Positions 19,320-28,266 of a DNA stretch of 56,099 nucleotides are shown one piece after another. Position 1 is the stretch's first letter. Each line of letters opens with the position of its first letter. The DNA lies in assembly GCA_040752415.1 (NCBI GenBank), contig JBFMGU010000033.1, forward strand, positions 1 through 56,099. The letters are read 5' to 3'. The notes beneath the pieces were generated by a model. That model had not been told where the DNA came from, made no database searches, and was given only the letters and a program-made list of their open reading frames with translations. Position numbers and translations under genes: made by a program. The DNA is from Myxococcota bacterium. GTDB taxonomy: Bacteria; Myxococcota; JACRCW01.

Positions 19320-21164
19320 ATGAACAGGACGAACCTGACGAGGTGGTTTGGCAACACCGTGCGCACAACGGCGGTGGTGGTGATGGTCGGCGCGACAGCT
19401 TGCGGCTCGGAGGGCGGCCCCCCGTCGGAAGCGGGCGAGGACGAGGAGGTGTGGCCAGGAGTGGAGGAGCTCGCGCAGCCGCTGACCCCGCTGAGCACGG
19501 CGTGCACATTTGCCTCCGCCACCGGGACGGTCACCGTGACCATCGAGTCCGGTGAGGTGGCGGTGATCTCCAAGCGTGCCCTCGACAACGCCATCCTGGC
19601 CAACGGTTCGGCCTGCGGCGCCGCCACCAGCATCAACACCAAGCGCATCAACGTGGTGGAGAACAGCAGCGCCGCGGGCAATGAGACGGTGATCCTGGAC
19701 TTCCTCAACGGGACGTTCGGCGTGGGTGCGGCAGCCTCCGTGGGAGTCAGCGTGGACATGGGGACCGGCACGGACGCCTTCAAGATCCGCGGCAGCAAGT
19801 CCGCCGACGTCATCACCGCGGGCGCCGGCGGCCTGTCCATCAACGCCGACACCAGCAAGGACATCAGCCTCACCAACGTGGACAGCGTGGTGGTGAGCCT
19901 GGGTGCCGGCAATGACACCTTCACCGGCGCAGGTGGCGCGGGCACCGGCACGGCGTACACCGCGGCGCTCACCGTCTACGGCGGCGTGGGTGACGACTCC
20001 CTCACCGGTGGCGACGGCGCGGATACCCTCTACGGCGCGGACGGCAAGGACACCCTCAGTGGCGGCGCCGGCGCGGATACGCTCAACGGCGAGGCCGGAA
20101 ATGACACCTTCAACGAGGGAGCCACGTCCAACGGCGCCGACGTGTTCAATGGCGGCGCGGACACCGACACGGTGAGCTACGCGTCCCGGACCGCCGCGGT
20201 GACGGTGACCATCGGCGCGGGCGCCAATGACGGGGAAGCCAGTGAGGGCGACACCGTGGCCGCCGACGTGGAAGGCGTCACCGGCGGCAGCGCTGCGGAC
20301 TCCATCACCGGCAGCGCCAACGCGGACACCATCAGCGGCGGCGGTGGCAGTGACACGCTGAGCGGTGGCGCCGGCAATGACACCATCAATGGCGGCGACG
20401 GCGACGACACCATCACCGGCGGCGACGGCAACGACACGCTCAATGGCGACGCGGGCAACGACACCTTCAGCGAGGGAAGCGCGGCCAACGGCTCCGACAC
20501 CCTGAACGGCGGCGCCGGCACCGACGAGGTGGACTACGGCTCCCGCGCCGGCAACCTCACCATCACCATCGACGGCACCGCCGACGACGGCGAGGATACC
20601 GAGGACGACAACGTCAAGACCGACGTGGAGAACGTGACCTGCGGGTCCGGCAATGACAACGTCACCGGCTCCAGCGCCGCCAACCAGCTGGACGGCGGCA
20701 CCGGCGACGACACGCTGAGCGGCGGAGGCGGCGCGGACATCTTCCTGGCGGCCGCCACCGACGACGGTTCCGACACCTTCAACGGCGGCGACGGTGTGGA
20801 CACCGTGGACTACAGCGCCCGCACCGCCGCGCTGACGGTGACCATGGACGGCGTGGACGCGGATGACGGCCTCAGCGGTGAGGCGGATGACGTGCAGGCC
20901 GACGTGGAGAACGTCCTGTGCGGCACCGGCAACGACACCATCACCGGCAACGCGTTGGACAACAGCCTTGACGGCGACAGCGGCAACGACACGCTCAATG
21001 GTGGCGCCGGCAATGATGAGCTGTTTGGCGGCGCGGGCGACGACACGCTCAACGGCGGCGCGGGCGACGACACGCTGGATGGCGCCGCCGGGACCAACAC
21101 GCTGGACTGCGGCGACGGCGACGGCGACATCGCGCTGGGCACCGGCAGCAACTGTGAGCTGTGA
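19320..21164 (+). CDS. RTX/hemolysin-type calcium-binding repeat lipoprotein
   Basis: GAGGAG RBS, GATAC lipobox, and many GGxGxDxLx nonapeptides arranged in D(T)V.Y..R...DG...E.D.V..DVE blocks. Confidence 0.88.
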   Translation: MNRTNLTRWFGNTVRTTAVVVMVGATACGSEGGPPSEAGEDEEVWPGVEELAQPLTPLSTACTFASATGTVTVTIESGEVAVISKRALDNAILANGSACGAATSINTKRINVVENSSAAGNETVILDFLNGTFGVGAAASVGVSVDMGTGTDAFKIRGSKSADVITAGAGGLSINADTSKDISLTNVDSVVVSLGAGNDTFTGAGGAGTGTAYTAALTVYGGVGDDSLTGGDGADTLYGADGKDTLSGGAGADTLNGEAGNDTFNEGATSNGADVFNGGADTDTVSYASRTAAVTVTIGAGANDGEASEGDTVAADVEGVTGGSAADSITGSANADTISGGGGSDTLSGGAGNDTINGGDGDDTITGGDGNDTLNGDAGNDTFSEGSAANGSDTLNGGAGTDEVDYGSRAGNLTITIDGTADDGEDTEDDNVKTDVENVTCGSGNDNVTGSSAANQLDGGTGDDTLSGGGGADIFLAAATDDGSDTFNGGDGVDTVDYSARTAALTVTMDGVDADDGLSGEADDVQADVENVLCGTGNDTITGNALDNSLDGDSGNDTLNGGAGNDELFGGAGDDTLNGGAGDDTLDGAAGTNTLDCGDGDGDIALGTGSNCEL

Positions 21165-21176
21165 ACACAACCGGGA

Positions 21177-21211
21177 CACGGGTGGTGCGCTCCGCGAGTG
21201 CGCCACCCGTG
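21177..21211 (+). terminator. Intergenic GC-rich hairpin (terminator, attenuator or REP-like)
   Basis: CACGGGTGGTGCGCTC-CGC-GAGTGCGCCACCCGTG followed by CTTCTCT, located between two co-oriented genes. Confidence 0.5.
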
Positions 21212-21231
21212 CTTCTCTGCGGGAGCCAATC

Positions 21232-22668
21232 ATGCGGAGCACGCGCATCCTGGGATTGACGACGGGACTGTTGGCCCTGGCCGCATGCCAGGAGGCGCCC
21301 GAGAGCCTGGGCTCCCCCGCGGCGCCGTCCGGATCCACCAACCATCCCGACGACACAACGCCCTCCCTGCAGCTGGCCGCGGTGGTTGCGCACGCGGCGG
21401 GTCGCACGGGAGGGGATCTCCACCTCCGCGTCAGCGGCAGCAACCCGCGGCAGCAGGCCCTGACGCTGGTGGTGGCGCTCCACGACGGGGCGGGCGCGCC
21501 CATCCTGGCCGTCGACGGGGACCTGGACGGCACGCTGGACGGATCCGAGCTGCGCCTGGCTCTCGAGGAGACCACCACGGACCTGGATCACGCGCTCATG
21601 GTGCCACGTCTGCTGGTCGACGTTCCTGGCCTGCGCGAGGTGGCGGTGCGCCTGGAGGACGCGGGTGGTGGCGTCTCCTCCGTGGTCACCGCGCCGGTGC
21701 AGGAGCAACCGGAGCTGGCGCCGGGCAGCGCGTGTGAGCCGGACAGCTTCGTGACCGGGCGCTGTCCCTCGGGCATGGGCTGTCGCGGAACCCCCACGGT
21801 GTGCACGGAAGGGATGGCGCCGCAGCTCACGCAGGTGGCCTACCACCGGCACGACGAGGGACCGCGGATCCTGGTGCGCGGCACGGACGTGGATGGCGAC
21901 ATTGCGCGCGTCCGCCTGGAGTTCATGGATCTTGGCGGCGCACCCGTGCTGCTGGACCTGGACAACGACGAGGTTCCCGAGAGCTCCAGCTTCGAGGTGG
22001 AAGCCGCCTCCGCCGACGAGACCGGGTCCTTCCTGGTGAGCCTGCAGGGCGCGGTGGGGCTGGACGAGGAGGTGCTGCGCGTGGCGGCCACGCCGGTGGA
22101 TTCCCTCCTGCACGAGGGCACGCGCCTGGAGGCCACGCTGGCCAATCCGCCGGTGCGCTCCCGCGGCCAGTCCTGCGACCTCTCCGGCTTCGACCTCTGC
22201 GCCACCGGCTCGGTGTGTGTTCCCAACGCCGCGGCCACCGCCGGGGTGTGCCAGGACGTGGCCTCGGTGCGCAACCGCGTCTGCGGCGGAGCGCCCGCGC
22301 TGGCGCCGTTGGATGGTGTCACCACGCTGGTGGCCGCCACCTCGGAGATCAGCGCCTGGGACGCACCGCCGGGATGCGCCGCGCATGATCCCACGGGCCG
22401 GCCGGAGGGCGTGGTGGTGCTGCACCTCAGCGCGGGCGTGGCGGAGCTCACCCTGTCCACGCAGTCGGCGGACACGGATTTCGACACCGTGCTGTACGTG
22501 CTGGGCGCGTGCGGATCCGGTGCGCCGCTGGCCTGCAATGACGACGGGGAGAACACCGTGGCTTCCATGGTGACGCTGCGCGAAGTGCCCGCGGGGGATC
22601 ACGTGGTGGTGGTCGACTCCTGGAGCACCACCGGCGGGACCTTCCGCCTCACCGCCACCGTGCCCTGA
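21232..22668 (+). CDS. Cys-rich lipoprotein with C-terminal PPC-like domain
   Basis: MRSTRILG...LAAC lipobox, Cys-rich modules, and a PPC-like motif TDFDTVLYV...LACNDD...VVVVDS. Confidence 0.8.
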   Translation: MRSTRILGLTTGLLALAACQEAPESLGSPAAPSGSTNHPDDTTPSLQLAAVVAHAAGRTGGDLHLRVSGSNPRQQALTLVVALHDGAGAPILAVDGDLDGTLDGSELRLALEETTTDLDHALMVPRLLVDVPGLREVAVRLEDAGGGVSSVVTAPVQEQPELAPGSACEPDSFVTGRCPSGMGCRGTPTVCTEGMAPQLTQVAYHRHDEGPRILVRGTDVDGDIARVRLEFMDLGGAPVLLDLDNDEVPESSSFEVEAASADETGSFLVSLQGAVGLDEEVLRVAATPVDSLLHEGTRLEATLANPPVRSRGQSCDLSGFDLCATGSVCVPNAAATAGVCQDVASVRNRVCGGAPALAPLDGVTTLVAATSEISAWDAPPGCAAHDPTGRPEGVVVLHLSAGVAELTLSTQSADTDFDTVLYVLGACGSGAPLACNDDGENTVASMVTLREVPAGDHVVVVDSWSTTGGTFRLTATVP

Positions 22669-22690
22669 TCCGGAGCGCGGCTCCCTCGGA

Positions 22691-22707
22691 TGTCACCGCA
22701 ATGTCAC
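22691..22707 (+). promoter_or_regulatory. TGTCAC direct repeat with 11-bp period (PhoB/OmpR-family box-like)
   Basis: TGTCAC at 22691 and at 22702, ~80-95 bp upstream of the ATG at 22785. Confidence 0.4.
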
Positions 22708-22784
22708 GCCGGTGACGTCGGGAACGCTTGACCGGCGTATTCCCGCTTGCCATGACGACGACCTCTCTTGCCACGGAGGACGTC

Positions 22785-23663
22785 ATGACGCGCATTGCCA
22801 AGAAGGACATCCACGCCGCATTGAACCAGGCCGCCCAGAACATCATTGCGGCGGGTGGCTCCGACGGGCGCATCAGCCGCGCCGACATGAAAGCCAAGCT
22901 CAAGGAGCTGGACGGCACCGAGAAGAAGCTGACCGACATGTTCTTCCGCTTCGTCGACCACCGCGACTTCAAGACGGGCTCGCAGGTGACGCCGTCCAAC
23001 GTGAAGGCGGCGGTGGAGTACGCCAAGGAGCACATGGTCAACAAGTACGACCTCAACAACAACGGGCTCAGCGCCGACGAGGTGGCGCGCATGTCCGTGA
23101 CGGGTCGGCTGGCGGTGAACCTGGCGCGCGCGCTGAAGGAGGCCGGCGCGGTGTCCGGTTCCGACGACAACACCGGCAAGCTCAGCGCGGAGAAGCTGGG
23201 CCGGGCCATTGCGCCGTTCACCCAGGACGCGGTGTACATGTCGGAAGGCGACTACAACCCCGAGTTCTTCAGCGTGAAGCTCGACGCCAACGCAACCATC
23301 AACGGCAAGAACGTGATGGCCGCCATGAATGACACGCTGGCCAGCTTCTTTGACCAGCAGGACGGAGACCTCTCGCAGTTCACCTTCGAGGCGTACACCG
23401 CCCAGGAGAGCAAGGACTTCGTGGACGGGCTGTCCGAGACCTCCCCCGACGACGACGACGACATCCGCGAGAGCGCCGCCGCGTTCGGCAAGATCACCGC
23501 GCTGCTCCAGGACAACCTGACCGGCATCAAGGTCTTCAAGATCGGCCCCAAGGACGACGACGGCTCGCTGGCCACCGACCGGGGCCTCTACGCGCAGGTG
23601 GTGGTGGGCCGCTCCGCCGACGGAAAGCTGACCGGCATCATCCTCGGCGACGTCGAGACCTGA
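22785..23663 (+). CDS. Nuclease A inhibitor (NuiA)-like domain protein with N-terminal EF-hand-like region
   Basis: GGAGGA RBS. NuiA-like motifs YMSEGDY and LQDNLTGIKVFKIG...VVGRSADGKLTG...VET at the C-terminus. EF-like loops SDGRISRAD and DLNNNGLSADE. Confidence 0.75.
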   Translation: MTRIAKKDIHAALNQAAQNIIAAGGSDGRISRADMKAKLKELDGTEKKLTDMFFRFVDHRDFKTGSQVTPSNVKAAVEYAKEHMVNKYDLNNNGLSADEVARMSVTGRLAVNLARALKEAGAVSGSDDNTGKLSAEKLGRAIAPFTQDAVYMSEGDYNPEFFSVKLDANATINGKNVMAAMNDTLASFFDQQDGDLSQFTFEAYTAQESKDFVDGLSETSPDDDDDIRESAAAFGKITALLQDNLTGIKVFKIGPKDDDGSLATDRGLYAQVVVGRSADGKLTGIILGDVET

Positions 23664-23694
23664 TCAACAATGTCACTCCGTCGGTGCTCGGGCA

Positions 23695-23872
23695 GTTTCA
23701 ATCCGCCCTCACGACCCAAGACGTTGAGGACTTCTGGCCGAATAGGTGTGGCCCATGTGCCCCGCGGTTTCAATCCGCCCCACACACACGACGACGTGGG
23801 GGACGATTCCGTCGGTGTTGGCCGAGCCATTGGGAACGTTTCCATCCGCCCCCCACGCACGACGTGGGAGAC
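23695..23872 (-). CRISPR. Degenerate orphan CRISPR-like mini-array: 3 repeats, 2 spacers, no cas genes
   Basis: Repeats at 23695-23731, 23767-23804 and 23838-23872, each GTTTC(A/C)ATCCGCCC...CGT.G.G.GAC with an internal stem. Spacers are 35 and 33 nt. On the minus strand the repeats end in GGAT(T/G)GAAAC. Confidence 0.75.
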
Positions 23873-23890
23873 GTGAGGAACGGTCGCAAC

Positions 23891-25603
23891 TTAGAACCGC
23901 AGGCCAAACAGGCCGCCTTCGGGGTTCTTGTCGGTGAGGCGCAGGCGCACAGCAGCGTCAATGCTGAAACCGGAATCGAACTCCGCGGTCGGTACCTGGT
24001 CGGAGTTCATAGTGCAGATGTATTGGAACCCGGCCGCCTTGCTCTTCGCCGCAGCGAGTTGGAGCGCCCGCGCGCGCTGGCGCTCATCGACTGGATCAAG
24101 GAGCGTGCTGTCGTGAATAAGGAACCCGGGACGTTGCGCTCTCTCCCTCCAGAGTTCAGCTACCATAACGTCAAAACAAAACACCTTCATGCTTTCAATT
24201 CCGCGCGCCCCCGACCTCTCGATCTCGACCCCGAAGCGGAATCCGCCGGTCGGAACGACGTCGATCACCAGTCGCCCAGGTGCCGCATACAGTGCCTCGG
24301 AGTTGGCATTGAAGAGCTTGATTGCACGCTCGCGCGCGCCTTTGCGTTCCTCGTAGTCCTGCCGCGCGCGTTCATAGAGCTGTTGCGCGCGAGCGCGTAG
24401 CGCTGCGCTCCCCTCCTCGAACCTCGTCAAGTCAGCCAGACGGCCCTCCACGCGTCGGAGTTGGGAAATCAACTCCGTCAGGCGCTGCTGGAGCTTCGTG
24501 TACTCCTCCAGGGCGCCATGGGTGCGCAGCGTCTCCAGCCGCTCCGCACGTTGCGCGGTCAGGGCCTGGATGCTCGTTTCACGAGCCAGCAGTCTGTCGT
24601 GGATGGCCGCGACTTCCGCCTTCAGGAAGCCGCGGCGGTTGTGCACCACGAGCCGATGGAATTCCTCCGTCTCCTCAAGCCGGGTCCGCACGATACCTGG
24701 CAACTCGACACCCGCCGCCGCATAGAGCTTGGCCACGTCAGTCAGGGCCGGCTCCCCCTCCTGCGCCAAGGCCTCCTCATAGAGGCGCAGCAAGTTGCGA
24801 TCCGTCACGTTCTCGTTGGACGCAACGTGGATTTCCCTCGTGAGGGCGGTCGCCTCCTCTTCAAGCTGCCGATACTGCGGGTGCACGCGGAAGGTTTGCA
24901 GCTGGTTGGCGAGGTCCTTGATCAGGGACTCAAGCCTGACGCGGTCAGCCTCGAGTTCACCGTGGGATCCCCACACCACGCCGACCAAGCCCTCGGTCGC
25001 GGCGCGTTTGATGTCGTCGAGAAGCCGCTTCCGGTCCCGCAACTCCTGCCAATCCGCCGCATCCTCCCAGGACAAGCCGAGAAGGAACGCCACGCTCACC
25101 TGCTTGCTCCATTCCGGCTGCTTGGGGTGGCTCTCGAACGGCGTGGAGTACGCGTGGGTCCCTCTACGGGCGACATAGGAGATGAGGTCCCTAAAGGACG
25201 GCGCGTAGGACCTGTCGGATGACTCGGCAGTGACGCCGAACATCAGCCGGCCCAACAGCTGCGTCCACTCCTGCGTGCGCAACCGTTCCTCCCGATCCGG
25301 CCAGGACACTTGAACGACACCGGTTTGGCCCGTATTGCGCGATACGCGAACCCTTTGGCCCCCAATGCGCAGGGAAACGGTGAACGTCCAACCCTTGAGT
25401 TCACTGGATGCCAACGTCGCGCCCTTCCGCAGCGACGCGCCCAGACAAAAGTGAATGACCTCGATGAGGCTGCTCTTCCCGAGGCCGTTGCGGGAGTCCT
25501 TCTTGCCAGACGTCTTCGTTCGATCCGCCAGCACCACGTTGAAGCCGGGCTGGAACTCAACGGAGCGAAAGGACGGGCGGTCAGCCGTCACACTCTCAAT
25601 CAC
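23891..25603 (-). CDS. lmuB: Lamassu/ABC three-component SMC-like ATPase (DUF2326 type)
   Basis: GTG 25603 with a GAGGA RBS, overlapping the upstream gene. Walker A RNGLGKS, long coiled coil, signature SGARGIESMKVFCFD, Walker B/D-loop FLIHDSTLLDPVDERQ. Confidence 0.85.
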   Translation of the reverse strand: MIESVTADRPSFRSVEFQPGFNVVLADRTKTSGKKDSRNGLGKSSLIEVIHFCLGASLRKGATLASSELKGWTFTVSLRIGGQRVRVSRNTGQTGVVQVSWPDREERLRTQEWTQLLGRLMFGVTAESSDRSYAPSFRDLISYVARRGTHAYSTPFESHPKQPEWSKQVSVAFLLGLSWEDAADWQELRDRKRLLDDIKRAATEGLVGVVWGSHGELEADRVRLESLIKDLANQLQTFRVHPQYRQLEEEATALTREIHVASNENVTDRNLLRLYEEALAQEGEPALTDVAKLYAAAGVELPGIVRTRLEETEEFHRLVVHNRRGFLKAEVAAIHDRLLARETSIQALTAQRAERLETLRTHGALEEYTKLQQRLTELISQLRRVEGRLADLTRFEEGSAALRARAQQLYERARQDYEERKGARERAIKLFNANSEALYAAPGRLVIDVVPTGGFRFGVEIERSGARGIESMKVFCFDVMVAELWRERAQRPGFLIHDSTLLDPVDERQRARALQLAAAKSKAAGFQYICTMNSDQVPTAEFDSGFSIDAAVRLRLTDKNPEGGLFGLRF

Positions 25604-25826
25604 GGCGATTCCTCGCGATGAGTCCATCCCGAAGCTCCACGGCGGAGAGCATGTGAAGGAGGTCGAGCGCGAGAACGAAGCGCGAGAACGGCCCGACATC
25701 CTCTCGCCCACGCAGTCGGTCCCACAGGCTCGTCACCGTGCGCGGCTCGCCCAGTTCGGAAAGGATGACGGCGCCCAGCCCCAGGAGTGAGGCCCGCGTC
25801 GATACGTGTTTGGTTGGCAGGATCAT
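25596..25826 (-). CDS. lmuC: ABC three-component middle component (MC6-like, LmuC)
   Basis: 76 aa, MILPTKHVS...SLLGLGAVIL...TVTSLWD...FVLALDLLH. Overlaps both neighbouring genes. Confidence 0.82.
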   Translation of the reverse strand: MILPTKHVSTRASLLGLGAVILSELGEPRTVTSLWDRLRGREDVGPFSRFVLALDLLHMLSAVELRDGLIARNRRD

Positions 25827-26575
25827 CGCTCAAACACCTCGCAGGCCTCAAACAGGTATGAAAGCACTGCCAAGCCGGCAGCCTGCTCCGCCCACGCCCG
25901 AGACGGGGGTGCGGCAAAGGCACGCAGTGCCTCAAAGAGGGCATCGCCGTTCAAGCCCTCGGCAAGGTGCTCCTTGTACTTCACGACGAAGCCAGCCCTG
26001 AGGCGCTCCGGGTAGTCGGGGTCAATCTGCTGGGCCATCCGCTCAAGGAACTCTCGGACCTCCGCCGCGACAGCGAGGCCCATGGACACCAGGACGCGCG
26101 TCCTTCCCGTCAGGCCGTTCTTTGCCAGCTTCTCGCTGGGGGGCGTAACGGACAGGTCCACCGTCCCCCCAGCCGGCAGGGCCAGGATGGCGCGGACGGC
26201 CATCTCCAATTCGGCGAACCCGACCCCAGACAACTCCTCTTGGAGCCGCGAAGTGACCCATGCCTCATGGGCATCCTTCCAGGAGCGGAGATCGGCGACG
26301 GTGAAGGTGGAGTCCTGCTTGTCCACCAGCGTGTGGTCAGTTGGGCACAACAGGATAAGGTTGGGGTACCGGTCTCGCTCTTCTTCCGGAAACGTTGAAT
26401 CCGCCCGCGGTCCGGCACTCGCGTGACTCACGATGTGAGCGATCTCGCCGAGGACGACGGCTGGGTCGTGTTGGGTCGCATCGGCTGTGCACAACGTGCG
26501 ACAGCGGGCGCACCGCGCAGCTGCGCGTCCCCAGAGAAGCTTCAAGTCTGAATCAAGGTATGAACGGCCAGCCAC
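25823..26575 (-). CDS. lmuA: Lamassu effector: HNH endonuclease plus ABC-3C C-terminal domain
   Basis: GTG 26575 with an AAGGA RBS. LWGRAAARCARC...EIAHIV...GPR...NLILLCPTDH is a Zn-HNH. The C-terminal domain runs KLAKNGL...YLFEACEVFER. Confidence 0.82.
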   Translation of the reverse strand: MAGRSYLDSDLKLLWGRAAARCARCRTLCTADATQHDPAVVLGEIAHIVSHASAGPRADSTFPEEERDRYPNLILLCPTDHTLVDKQDSTFTVADLRSWKDAHEAWVTSRLQEELSGVGFAELEMAVRAILALPAGGTVDLSVTPPSEKLAKNGLTGRTRVLVSMGLAVAAEVREFLERMAQQIDPDYPERLRAGFVVKYKEHLAEGLNGDALFEALRAFAAPPSRAWAEQAAGLAVLSYLFEACEVFER

Positions 26576-26641
26576 GGTACCCGTCCTTACGCCGCCCACG
26601 CTGGCCCCGCCAGACGTTCCTTCAAATGCCGAACAATCAAG

Positions 26642-26674
26642 GCCGTAGAATACGGCGACAGCCGCGGAGCTGTC
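26642..26674. promoter_or_regulatory. Two abutting palindromes upstream of lmuA (candidate operators)
   Basis: GCCGTA-GAA-TACGGC (contains TAGAAT/TATTCT, -10-like) followed by GACAGC-CGCGGA-GCTGTC. Confidence 0.35.
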
Positions 26675-26817
26675 ACCCGCTAAGATCGGAGGAACCTCAT
26701 ACGGTGGTGCGGGCAAGTGCGCCAGGCAACGGACGGTCCGCCTCCCGTCGTGCGCCGTTCGATCCGACGTAAGATCGGAACGCGGCATGCCCTGCCTACC
26801 GATGAGCGGAGGGTGTG

Positions 26818-28266
26818 ATGAGCCAACTGTCCAGAAGGGAATTCCTCGGCGCCGCGGCGACGACGCTGAGCGCGTGGTCCTGCGCGTCGACGCCCCGGAA
26901 TGCCACGGCGGATCCCCGGCGCGTGGTGGTGCTGGGCGGTGGCATCTCCGGGCTCGTCGTGGCGCTGGAGCTGATGGAGCGCGGGTTTGACGTGCTGGTG
27001 TTGGAAGCGCGCAACCGGCCCGGCGGAAGGATCCACACCGTGCGGGAAGGCTTTCCCGACGGACTGTACGCCGAGGCGGGCGCCAAGCACGTGGTGGCGG
27101 ATGCGGATCTGCTCGCGCTGTTTCGCAAGGTCAACGTGGAGATCACGCAGCCGGTGCGCCCGCCGCCCAAGAAGCGCGTGGTCCATTTCAACGGGGCGCG
27201 CACCGTGCTGGAACCGGGGCAGGAGCCGCCCGCGCGCGGACCCCGGCTCACCGCCGAGGAGGAAGCGCTCGGCTTCCAGGGCCTCCTGGACCGCTACTTC
27301 GACGTGGTGAAGGGCGAAGACCCGCGCGCACCCCAGTGGCCGCCGGCTCGTCTCGTCGAGCTCGACGCGCTCTCCGGGCACGACTACCTCGTCAAGAGGG
27401 GCGCGTCCGAGGGATTCGTCGCGGACATGCAGCAGTCGTTCTGTCCCAACGGCGACATCAAGGCCATCTCCGCGCTCGCCTTGATGCGCGACATCGCCAG
27501 CTTCATGCACGAGGTGCAGTGGAAGGGTGGCGGTCGTGTCGTCGGGGGGACGGACAAGCTGCCGCGCCGGATCGCGGAGCTGCTGGGGCCGCGCATCCTG
27601 TACGAGGCCCAGGTCCAACGGGTGGAGCAACGCAACGGCGACGTCCAGGTGACCTTCACCCGCGGCGGCCAACCGCAACAGCTCGTCGCGTCGCGCGTGG
27701 TGTGCACCCTGCCCGCGCCCATTGTGCGGGAGCTGGAGCTCGTCCCGGACCTCGAGGGGGAGCATCGTCGCGCGCTCACCGAGCTGCAGCACGCGGTGGT
27801 GGCCCGGGTGTTCGTGGCGTCGCGCACGCGCTTCTGGGCGGACCGCGGGGAATCCGGTGACGTCGAGACCGACCTGCCCGTGGGCACGGTGAAGGATGAG
27901 ACGCTGCTGCTGCCGGGAACGGGCGGCGTGCTGGGAACCTACGTGGTGGGACCGCAGGCGCAGCGCCTGGCGCAGCTGGGTGAGCAGGAACGCCTGAGCG
28001 CCGTCCTCGACGACATGGAGCGCGCACAACCCGGCCTGCGCGAGCACATGGTCGCCAGCGCGTCCGTGCTGTGGAGCGAGGAGCCCTTCAGTCGCGGCGC
28101 GTACGCGTGGTTCTCACCAGGACAGCTGACGCGCTGGGGCGCGCTGTTGCGCAAGCCGAGAGGGCGCATGCACTTCGCCGGGGATTACACGTCGCATCGT
28201 CCCGGGTTCATGCACGGCGCCCTGGCTTCCGCAAGACGCGTCATCGACGAGATCGTGCGCGGTTGA
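26818..28266 (+). CDS. Tat-exported flavin monoamine / L-amino-acid oxidase
   Basis: SRREFL twin-arginine motif, GGGISGL FAD motif, EARNRPGGR, EAGA, and C-terminal HFAGDYTS..PGFMHGALAS. Confidence 0.88.
   Translation: MSQLSRREFLGAAATTLSAWSCASTPRNATADPRRVVVLGGGISGLVVALELMERGFDVLVLEARNRPGGRIHTVREGFPDGLYAEAGAKHVVADADLLALFRKVNVEITQPVRPPPKKRVVHFNGARTVLEPGQEPPARGPRLTAEEEALGFQGLLDRYFDVVKGEDPRAPQWPPARLVELDALSGHDYLVKRGASEGFVADMQQSFCPNGDIKAISALALMRDIASFMHEVQWKGGGRVVGGTDKLPRRIAELLGPRILYEAQVQRVEQRNGDVQVTFTRGGQPQQLVASRVVCTLPAPIVRELELVPDLEGEHRRALTELQHAVVARVFVASRTRFWADRGESGDVETDLPVGTVKDETLLLPGTGGVLGTYVVGPQAQRLAQLGEQERLSAVLDDMERAQPGLREHMVASASVLWSEEPFSRGAYAWFSPGQLTRWGALLRKPRGRMHFAGDYTSHRPGFMHGALASARRVIDEIVRG

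Noticed and set aside
23732..23837. Mini-array spacers targeting the lmuA promoter
   Set aside because: Only short GC-rich partial matches were visible by eye, without a convincing PAM. A computed search is needed.
17207..28266. Halogenase plus amino-acid oxidase as a rebeccamycin- or violacein-like cluster
   Set aside because: The genes are 8 kb apart with unrelated genes between them. The oxidase is Tat-exported, and no chromopyrrolic acid synthase, P450 or flavin reductase is present.
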